Source: Octopus sinensis (Eukaryota). Taken from it: DNA of 64,000 nucleotides. Both the position numbers and the translations under genes were made by a program. This document shows positions 53,738 through 64,000 of the stretch, piece by piece. Where the stretch lies: positions 53,258,001-53,322,000 of the forward strand of contig NC_043008.1 in assembly GCF_006345805.1 (NCBI RefSeq). The letters run 5' to 3'. Position 1 is the first letter of the stretch. Every line of letters starts with the position of its first letter. A model generated the notes under the pieces. The model was not told where the DNA came from and searched no databases. It worked only from the letters and a program-made list of their open reading frames with translations.

Positions 53738-54393
53738 AGGGTGCAAAATTGAATATTAATTTGATTAATATCAATTTAAAATCAGTGTGGTCTAGCATAT
53801 TGAAAAATCTGAATTTTCAGAAAAAATTATTTTACATATAAGAGGGATGACCTATAAGTGGACATCCATTATGCTAGAAGAAGATCTGTTTTGGTCTTAC
53901 CACTAAGAAAGGAATGTTCTCGAGAAAATTTAGCAAACGCCAGAATGTAAGCAAGCGATTGCTAAATTTTCATGAGAACATTCCTTTCTTAGTGGTAAGA
54001 CGATAGCAGATGTCCACTTACAGGTCATCGCTCTGATATATATATATATATATATATGTAAATTATGCCATTTGAGTAACTCCTTTAATTGATCAATGAA
54101 AGCATTACATCATTATAAAGAAAACCATTCTCATCAGATGACCTCATAGACCTCAAGCATAAAAGACAGATTAGCTATATAAACATTGTAAATCATTGTA
54201 AATATTTGCTCTCTATTGATGATATGAATATGTTTAAATATCTAACTTAGCAGTTTGCCAAAAGAGACCAATAGAATAAGTACCAGGTTTAATACATAAA
54301 CACTGAGGTTGATTCATCTGACTAAAAATTCAAAGTGTTGCCCCAGAATGGCCGCAAACTAATGACTGACGCAAGTGATAGATAAAAGATATA
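53521..54393 (+). mobile_element. SINE family A split in its microsatellite by other insertions
   Basis: 5' half 53521-53690; 3' half aacttagcagtttgccaaaagagacc ... at 54244-54393. Confidence 0.7.
53836..54040. mobile_element. Fold-back/MITE-like element next to (TA)n
   Basis: gatgacctataagtggacatc...cttaccactaagaaaggaatgttctc...aaatttagcaa / ttgctaaatttt...gagaacattcctttcttagtggtaag...gatgtccacttacaggtcatc. Confidence 0.75.
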
Positions 54394-54715
54394 GCAACAA
54401 CAGTTTGTGCACAGGAGTGGTGCAGCCTCCAGACAGTGACATAGTGACAAAAACACCCTCACATAGTGACATACTGACACCTTGTGCAACCACATGGACC
54501 TGAGATAAAAGATAAGATCTGACATCACGTACAAACCAATAACACCATGTGATGTAAGTCGACCAATTGGAGCCTTACATCTAAGGGCCAGCTTGAATTT
54601 GTCTCATTTCCTGTTACTCCATCTCCCATGCCTGATGAGTTAGGCTTGTTCTACAAGCCCACAAAACTTTAAGTTTCATTGAGCTGAGTCAAATTGTTAT
54701 TAAATAATATATTTC
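54390..54715 (+). mobile_element. Old HHR-bearing repeat, copy B
   Basis: cccatgc-CTGATGA-GTtAGGCTTG ttcta CAAGCCCAC-(A)AAA-CTTTAAG-TT (core at 54632-54638). Confidence 0.7.
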
Positions 54716-55023
54716 ATATATGCATACATATATCATGTGTAATTCTCCCTATTTTTATTATTTTTATTATTTAGCAGCAATATCATTGTCTCTTTTCTTT
54801 TCAAATTTATCTAAATGCTCTTTTATTATTCTTTATTTCTTTGGGTTTTTTTACCAAAATGTTTGCCTAAGTTTTTACTATTTTGCAATTGATTTATGCT
54901 GAGTGGGTTTGTTTGTTTTTTTTTGTTTTTTTCTATTTATCTTCTTTTTTTCTTAAGGTTTATTTATTTCTTTATTTATTATTGACAATATATTTTGCAA
55001 TGTGCTATTATTATTGCTTATCT

Positions 55024-55242
55024 AAGGCGGTGATCTAACAAAATCGTTACCATGCCGGACAAAGTGCTTAGCGGCATTTTGTCTGTCTTTACGTTCAGAG
55101 TTCAAATTTCGCTGAGGTCAACTTTGCCTTTCATCCTTTCAGGGTCGATAAAATAAGTACCAGTTGAACACTGGGGTTGATGTAATCGACTTATCCCCTC
55201 CCCCGAAATTGCTGGCCTTGTGCCAAAATTTGAAATCATTAT
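55024..55242 (+). mobile_element. SINE family B
   Basis: aaggcggtgatctaacaaaatcgtt ... gaggtcaactttgcctttcatcctttcagggtcgataaaataagtaccag. Confidence 0.88.
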
Positions 55243-55243
55243 A

Positions 55244-55319
<76 letters not shown>

Positions 55320-55426
55320 TATAGTTTTATTTTTATAGCGTGCTTTCACTTCACTACCGAGCACAGCCCTGTGTGCCTTGGGTATGTGCTGTGATTTGTT
55401 GTGATGCTCTATTATTATTATTATTA

Positions 55427-55465
<39 letters not shown>

Positions 55466-56225
55466 TATTATTATTATTATTGATATATTTTTATTTCAGT
55501 TATGCTTATTATTTAGTATTGTTATTATCACTATTATATTTTTATTTATTGTTGTTGTTATTATTATTATCATTATTTATTATTGTTATTATTATTATTT
55601 TAACCATCATCATCATCATCATCATCATCATTTGTTGGTCAAAAATTGCTGCTATAGTAAAAGGAAATGCAAAACAGGAGCATCCATTTATCATATTTTA
55701 GCTTATTTTTTTTATTCCTTTTTTGTTTTGTTTTTTCTTTTCTTCTTCGTTAGTTATTTCACTGAAGAATAAAAGAAAACAAGCATTTTTTGTCTCACGC
55801 ACACACACACATACACACCTGCCCACATACATATATATATTTGATGTTATATATAACATATATATATTTATATTTATATTTACATACATGCTTGTGTATC
55901 TGTGTGTGTATGTCTGTCCGTGTGTGTGTACGTGTGTCCATGTGTTTGTGTGTGTGTGTCTACATATTAATATAATTTATCATATGTTGTATCCCAATAT
56001 CAACATTCAGTTTGGCTGAATAGCAATCTTTTCAAATTTCAAATTCAAACTCAATTTAATCCAATTCAATTTATTGTTCATCTGTCAGTGCAAATTCAAT
56101 TTTAAGAAAAAAAAAAAGAAATATTACATCCAAAGTTTCAAGAAATGTTGGAGGATAAAACTAATAAACTCAGTTATCGTATATATATATATATATATAT
56201 ATATTGTATATATGTATATATACAC

Positions 56226-56263
<38 letters not shown>

Positions 56264-56268
56264 TACAT

Positions 56269-56308
<40 letters not shown>

Positions 56309-56338
56309 TATATAATATATATATATATATATTATATG

Positions 56339-56369
<31 letters not shown>

Positions 56370-56714
56370 CATCATAATCATCATTATCATCGTCATCATC
56401 ATCATCATCATCATTTGCTGTCTGCTTTTCATATCGGCATAGGTTGAATGGTTTGACAGGAGCTGGCAAACCAGAAAGCTACAGTAGGCACAAATTCTCT
56501 TTTCACATGGATTCTACAGCTGGATGCCTTTCCTAATGCCAACTACTGTGTGGATGTATGTATGTGGCATCTATTTCTAGCATGTGGCACTACGCATTAG
56601 TGCCCTTATCATTTTAATTATATATACCTGTATTAATTATTACCTATATGGTTTTATTACATGCTGGCTACTTGATAAAATCATATAAAGATTTTATTGT
56701 TAATTTTATATATA

Positions 56715-57110
56715 TATAGGTGTGGCTTTTCACCTGGGGCAAGGGTCTTCTACTACAGCCCCAGGCCAACCAAAGCCTTGTGAGTGGATTTGAGTGGATT
56801 TGGTAGACAAAAGCTATGTGAAAACCCATCATATGTATGCATGTATGGTGTGTGTGTGCACACGCATGTGCATGTGTGTGTGTGTCTTTGCCTTTGTGTT
56901 ATATTTGTCCCACATCACCACTTGACAACCAGTCTTGGTTTGTTTACATCCCCATGACGTAACAGTTCAGCAGCACCGTCCAATAGAATGCATACCAGGT
57001 TTTAAAAGAAAATACTGTGTTTAAGTCATTTGATTAAAACCCTTCAAAGCAGTGCTACAGCATGGCCACGGTCCAATGCCTGAACCAAGGAAAGGATAAA
57101 AGACAAAGAC
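56715..57110 (+). mobile_element. SINE family A, old
   Basis: cctggggcaagggtcttctactacagcc ... gtgctacagcatggccacgg ... aaggataaaagac. Confidence 0.7.
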
Positions 57111-57224
57111 ACTTTATAAATGTGATATCTTTGCATATCCTACATCAATTCAATATCTTTAGATATCCTACTTGAAGTTGATATTTTGATATATACAACT
57201 TGAAGCTGATAACATGTATATTAA

Positions 57225-57308
57225 CCCCTTCGATACCAACCCGGCTGAAACTGCCTCTGGCTCTGTAGTACAAATAAGCACCTCAAAATAAATACGGTAG
57301 CGAAAGGG
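57225..57308. mobile_element. 84-bp deletion derivative of the piggyBac-type MITE
   Basis: TTAA|ccccttcgatacc ... gtagcgaaaggg|TTAA. Confidence 0.85.
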
Positions 57309-58076
57309 TTAACTGTCTTGATATCTTTGGATATACTACTAGAAGACCTTATTTTTTAATGTATTACATGAAGATGATATCTTCCTGTCCACAATGTGGA
57401 ATGTGATATCTCCAAGGAATGTGATACCTGATGACAAGCATGTTATTGCCATTGTTTCAGACATTAAGAGCTGACAAGACTAAATACCAGTAATATACCA
57501 TATTGAGTGATATATTTGTAATGCCACAACCACCACTACAATCACTGCCACCACTGCCACCACCACCACCACACCTACAATGATGTTACAATCATCACCA
57601 CTACCACCACTAAGGCCCATACCACCACGACCACCACTACTACTACCACTGGCACCTCCATCATTATGACCACTGCTACGATCTCGACTTTAACGAAAAA
57701 TGCCACCCACCAATCTTATGTAATTAAATTTCTAACTTAAATTGACTTTCTATCAACAGAAACCAATAATTTAACTAAAATGTTTTAATTACTTTAAAAT
57801 CAGATTAAGATAACATCGTTGCATACAACCATAAAACTATGCAGCAGCGAGCAATATTCCCAAGAATTCTGGTTAATGGGAAGCGTAATAAACTAAGGTG
57901 ATATCATACATAACATATATATAACTGGAATTTATATAATATATATATATAAATAAATATATAATATAGATATATATATATATATAATATGTATATAGAT
58001 TTGTGTATATGTATTTATTTACACACCATATATATTAAACATAATAAATGTGATATTATAAAAGCGTATATAAATG

Positions 58077-58143
<67 letters not shown>

Positions 58144-58147
58144 CACA

Positions 58148-58224
<77 letters not shown>

Positions 58225-58325
58225 ATATATATATCATGTGTGTATATATATATTAAACATAAATATACATATATATATTTGTATATATGTATGCATACAT
58301 GTATGCTTTTGTGTGTGTGTGTTTG

Positions 58326-58366
<41 letters not shown>

Positions 58367-58719
58367 TAATATAGATGTTATGCAATGATAAATATCAACA
58401 AAATCTTTAGAATTTCCCCCAAAATGCTGAATAAAATGGGTTTTGCTATATTTTCTTTTTTTTTATAAATTTTAAAACAAAGATTTTAATGACTATAACA
58501 CACTCGGCAACAACACTATATTTTGTTAAAAAGAATACAAATTAATTGATTTTTAAGCCAATCTATAATCAAAATTATTTGGTTTTGTTTTCATATGGAA
58601 TAATTTAGTACCATCTTAAATATTTATAGGTTTACATGAATACTTGATTGTTTTTAATGTGTTTATATATTGTTATTAATATTGTTGTTGTTGTTTAGCC
58701 CGAGGTCAGCTTGATTTAT

Positions 58720-59142
58720 TCTTTTACTCTTTTACTTGTTTCAGTCATCTGACTGTGGCCATGCTGGAGCACTGCCTTTAGTTGAGCAAATCAACACCGG
58801 GACTTATTCTTTGTAAAACTACTACTTATTCTATTGGTCTTTTTTGCCAAACCGCTACGTTAGAGGGATGTAAACACACCAGCATTGGCTGTCAAACGAT
58901 GTTGGGGGGACAAACACAGACACACAAACATATACATACACATACATATATATATATATATATATACACATACATAAATACGATGGGCTTCTTTCAGTTT
59001 CTGTCAACCAAATCCACTCACAAGGCTTTGGTCAACCTGAGGCTATAGTAGAAGACACTTGCCCAAGGTGCCACGAGGTGGAACTGAACCCAGAACAATG
59101 TGATTTGTAAGCAAGCTACTTACCACACAGCCACTCCTACAC
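58720..59142 (-). mobile_element. SINE family A, full length
   Basis: tactcttttacttgtttcagtc ... gacacttgcccaaggtgccac ... ccacacagccactcct. Confidence 0.9.
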
Positions 59143-59619
59143 CTTTATCTGCATTTTCTTTCCTTACTTATTGTGGGTCTAGAACCAGTGACTCTCAAGT
59201 GGTGTATTTTTGTTGGTGTATTTATGTCTCTGTAACTTAAGGTTTGGTAAAAGAGATCAATAGAATAAATACCAGGCTTAACAAAATATAAGTACCGGGG
59301 TTGATTCATTCAACTAAAAATTCTTCAAGGTGGTGTCCCAGCATAGCCAGTCTGATGACTGAAACAAGCAGAAGACAGAAGATAAATCAATCAGTCACAT
59401 TTCAACAACACCCAAAATATTTTGACCATTTTATTCATACAATTCCAAATAGTATTTGATTATAAAAATATAATGGGTCTTTTTTTAAAATATTAAATGC
59501 CTATGAGGGCCCAGTAGAGTAAAATAGGAATGGAAGAGGTACATAGGAAAGGAAATGGCTGAGAATCACTGGTTTAGAGGAAGGAATGGTGATACATATA
59601 ACTTTTGCATGTCTTTGTG

Positions 59620-59862
59620 AGACTAGTGAACTTGGTGGCTTTAATGTGTCATTTGGACTGTAGCAGATCAGCATCCACTGAAAAGATGTAAGCAGGAAAA
59701 AATTCCAGAGGGCCCATGTTCTAGGGAAAAAGGAAAGGGCGTAAAGTTTAGTGCAGAGCGAAGGGTTTTGGATGCAACAAGGGTGACAAGAGGAAGAAAA
59801 GGAAGTGGAGTGGTTTGGACTGACTGAATTGTAGTGGTATAAGACCAGAAATCTCTGCAGAA
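59620..59862 (-). mobile_element. CR1/L2-group LINE 3' fragment
   Basis: HP..IQNP..CTKLYALSFFPRTWALWN matches the recalled CR1-group ORF2 C-terminal SFFPRT..LWN motif. Confidence 0.6.
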
Positions 59863-59874
59863 CAGAGGCCATTA

Positions 59875-60450
59875 TGTGATGTGATGTGATGTGATGGCAG
59901 TTTTTCATGGCTGAAGCTCCTGAGGAAGAGTGGCAAGCCTTCAGGTGGCTATCTAAACCATTCCTTGAACGACAGGGTCTGGTGTACTTGGGACAAATAT
60001 GTAATATTTGGTCAAATGGGTGGGGAGCATGATCATGACTTTTTCCTGCTATGGTATTTCTCATCTGCTGTTGTTGCACTAACCTTCTCAAACTTGCTTG
60101 CAGTTATCTAGCTGTACTCTTGCCACACTTCCTTCTGTGTTGTAATTCCCTCCCACCCAGTAGGTGGAGTCTATCCCTAAATAGAGAACTGGCTTTTCAG
60201 CTGGTCTTTCAAAATCCAAAAAGGGGAAACAGCATGCCTGTGGGCCAGAGGCTAACAACTGAAAACTAATTACTCAAGTGGCTCTGCTCTGGATGGAGCC
60301 CTTGTTATCTGTTAGTATTGCAGCTGCACCAGCTGCACCAACCTTGATGCAGGAGCACTACTCCACCATGAGACCCACTCAAGCTTTGTCGGATGTCAAC
60401 AGCCTTTGAAAGCTGAAGGTTTTTCTGGTCCTAAAGAGAAGGGCCAGGTT
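59875..60450 (-). mobile_element. RTE-BovB-type LINE 3' fragment
   Basis: HICPKYTRPCRSRNGLDSHLKAC resembles the C-terminal C..C.R.CRSRIGL.SH motif; upstream decayed KDQLK segment; (CACAT)n tail at about 59875-59897. Confidence 0.7.
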
Positions 60451-60989
60451 TTGTGATGCAGTCTTAGCAATGTTAAGAATGTGCTTTTCCCAGGAATAAT
60501 CTTCAGGGATAATAAACAAATGGGTTCCAGCCATGACTTCCCCATCTTTTATTCAAGCATAATGTCAGTTATCTAGGACTATATTATCAAATGCAGCCTT
60601 CTCTTTCTTTGGCTGTTATTTCTAGCAATCCAAGTGATCATAGTATGAGTCCTTCCCTGTTTTGTTACATCTTAAACATCTCAAATTTATTCTGTAACTG
60701 TGTTATGAGAGTGGATTTTTCATTTAGGGCAAAATCATGACACATACTATGTGGCATATAGCATTAATTTAATGTGTCCCATATTAATATGAGGAGTAAG
60801 TTAGTTGTTAGAGCATTAGCCAAATATCATATCTCAAATACATTCTGAGTTCAAATACTACTCAGGTCAACATTATGAGATTTAACAATCATGTTTTGAG
60901 TCATTACTCAAATGATAAAGTACCAGACTAGCCAAGTACAAGAGGAGATTCCTCTTTCTCTATGTATATCTCTCTCTCCCTGAAGACCT

Positions 60990-61488
60990 GTTGCAGCAAG
61001 TGAAATCAAAATCGAATTCGATGACTGGCATCCGTGCTTGTAGAGCGCTAAGAGTACCATCCAAGCATGATTGTTCCCAGAGCAACAAACTGGCTTCCGT
61101 GCCGATGGCACGTAAAACGCACCATTCAAGCGTGATCGTTACCTGTGTTGCCTTACTGGCATTTGTGCTGGAGGCATGTGAAAAAACATTCAAGCGACAT
61201 CGTTGCCAGTGCTGCTGGACTGGCTCCTGTGCAGGTGGCATGTAAAAAACACTATTTGAGTGTGGCTGTTGCCAGTACCACCTGACTGGTCCCCAGGCCA
61301 GTGGCACATAAAAGCGCCCACTACACTCTTGGAGTGATTAGCGTTAGGAAGGGCATCCAGCTGTAGAAGGTCTGCCAGATCAGACTGGAGCCTGGTGCAG
61401 CCATCTGGTTCACCAGACCTCAGTCAAATCGTCCAACCCATGCTAGCATGGAAAGCGGACGCTAAATGATGATGATGATGATGGTGAT
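60990..61488 (+). mobile_element. Retroposon family E, long copy
   Basis: Internal ~55-bp subrepeats, then gcgttaggaagggcatccagctgtagaa ... catgctagcatggaaagcggacgctaaatgatgatg. Confidence 0.88.
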
Positions 61489-61510
61489 GTGTGTGTGTGT
61501 GTGTGTGTTG

Positions 61511-61546
<36 letters not shown>

Positions 61547-62707
61547 TCCATATTGTCATTTTACATTCACTTTTCATGCTTGTATGGGTTGGGTTCATAT
61601 ATATATATATATATAAATATATATGTGTGTGTATATAAACTCACATACACATATACATATATCTACATACATCTATTATTCACAATCAAATGCTATAGAT
61701 ATTGGAATTTAAATTAAATAGGTGACCTAAAAATTAAAATAAATGACTCCTTTAGGGATTTCTCTTGTCTACATTTTGTTTTTACTTTTGTTTTTTGTTT
61801 TTAGTGGGGAAAGTGGAAGGGGGTTTCAATAATTAGTGTAAATAGACGCTTTCATAAATTGCAAACAAATTATTAATTTATCTTGCAGTATCAACAATAG
61901 ACAATATCAGCCAAGAAACTTACTTCTCTAATTTGGGCCACATTATAAGAACATTGTTTTATTCTGCACTTTAATTATTTTATTATTTATTTTGATATTT
62001 TTTTATTTTTTTATATTCTTAAGCATTTATTTAATTTTTCTTCAAATCATTTTTCTTTCCTTACAAAATACTAAAACTATTTTTTTATGCAATTAAAATT
62101 ATTTTTCACCATATAGAATTATATTTCGGCCAAACAAGAACTAGACCTTTTTAATATATATTTTTTTTATTATGCTACCATCTTTGTTTTTGTTTATTTT
62201 TTTTGTTGGTTCTTTCTGGAGCTTTTCTTTTTTCTTTGTGTACACTTTCGTCTGACCTTTCTTCGTATCATTGATTTTCATGAAGAATATAAACAACGTT
62301 CCATATTATCTTTCCAATTATCTTTCATTGATATAAAACAGATATTTCTTTCACTCTGCTTCCTATCCAAACAAACTTCCATTACCATACAAGCAAATTC
62401 CTAATTTTTATTGCTTTTATCATGCCAACATGGACGGCAGAGTTTGAACACAGTTTGATATTTCTATAGAAATCTGTTTAACTAAGAAATATTGCCATTT
62501 TTAGTTGCTTTTTATTTTATTTTTGTGGGTATTTTTTTTTACGGCTCTGCTGTTGGATATTCATGTGATACAAAGATATTAATGAGGGTTATGTGATAGA
62601 AATGCTAAACAATTGATCATTTAGGGTTCACAGACACTGCACTCTTATCTTCTGTAGAAGGGCCGTACTGCAATATTAAATTTCCCACTTTCTCAAAATG
62701 CCCTCTC

Positions 62708-62762
<55 letters not shown>

Positions 62763-63635
62763 TGTGTGTGTGTGTCTTTAATTTTGATGTTCTGACAATT
62801 TAAGCCAGTAAGTTAGTAGTGGGATTAGTGCAGAAGCTAAAATACTCTGTGCTCTACAGTCCATTTCTCTGTTATCTGAGTTCAAATCTTGCCGAGATTT
62901 TCTTTGTATTTCAACCCCTTTGGGATCAATAAGTTAAGTAGCTGTACTAGCATCTGTTCATCTTGATATATACATATATCTTTATTTATGTATGTATGTA
63001 TGTATATATTTGTATGTATATATATATATATATTTATTAATATATATGTATATATTTATTCATATATATATATATATATCATCATCATCATCATTATTGT
63101 TTAACGTTTGCCTTCTATGGTGGCATGGGTTAGACAAATATATACATATGGCATTATTGTACATATGGAGAGACATTATTAAATTATTATACCCTATCAC
63201 AACTACTTTTGTACTAAGACTGAACCCAGAACCATGTAGTTGGGAATCCAACTTCTTACTACAAAGCCATGGTTGCACTTATATTTTGTCTTCCACTTCA
63301 GCATTTAATTCTTAACCTAATTATTATTTCCGTGTTTTTAGTGTTATTTATACCCCTTCTAATCCCTCTCGACCTTATTAAATTATGTGGATAAAATTTA
63401 TTTTAATCTGGGTTGATGAATAGTTTGTGAGAAAATTCGGTTGATGGAAACTGCGTGAAACCAATTCTATGTGCTTTTTTCCCCCCTGAGTGAGTGATAC
63501 AGACACAATTATTTATTATACAGGTGGATGGAATTTGTTTTACCATTTAAGCAGTTTTGATGAAAACATGGAAATTAGTAGCTGAAGTCTAATGACTAGA
63601 ACAAATAAAAAATAAAAGATACATGGACACACACA

Positions 63636-63668
<33 letters not shown>

Positions 63669-63782
63669 TACAGAGTAAAAATAAAAGTGCTCTGAAATAT
63701 TTATGCTGAAAAAATATATATAGTTACAAAGCAAAATATTTACATAGTCGACTGGTTTCACATATTTGGCTAATCATGACTG

Positions 63783-63923
63783 AACAGTTTGTGATGATGT
63801 TACAATTCCATGCTACTTTAATTAGTTGTAGTCATTTGATGTTGGTGTGAAAATGGAAATATCTAATCTCCCACCAGCATTGAATTAAAGTAGCATAGAA
63901 TTATAATATCATCGCTAACTGTT
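63783..63923. repeat. Imperfect inverted repeat with ~41-bp arms
   Basis: aacagtttgtgatgatgttacaattccatgctactttaatt / aattaaagtagcatagaattataatatcatcgctaactgtt; inner tgttggtg/caccagca stem. Confidence 0.75.
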
Positions 63924-64000
63924 TAGTAATGATTAACCAAAAAAACTGAAACCGGTCAACTATGTAAATACTTTTACTTCATAAATATATTTTCCCAACA

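Overview
This is AT-rich, microsatellite-saturated eukaryotic DNA. The SINE families and repeat landscape point to an octopus genome (inference, not a database match). No intact protein-coding gene is recognisable. Almost every ORF in the track is a translation of (TA)n, (TG)n, (TATG)n, (AAT)n, (CAT)n, (CT)n or (CTT)n, or runs through repeats. Supportable features are: dozens of SINE copies from several families; an internally deleted mariner; mariner-, piggyBac- and TA-TSD MITEs; 3' fragments of RTE- and CR1-group LINEs; a Helitron/HINE-like element; and a 77-bp minisatellite with a higher-order repeat. The most striking signal is about ten hammerhead-ribozyme (HHR) motifs from several unrelated sequence families. 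They are of the minimal type I form with palindromic stem III that is typical of Penelope-like elements. Several sit in long fold-back inverted repeats with the ribozymes pointing outward, and most of these abut (TA)n tracts. One HHR (31159-31237, minus) has a fully canonical core. A few weak candidate exons suggest the window may be intronic in a large gene, but its strand and identity could not be established.
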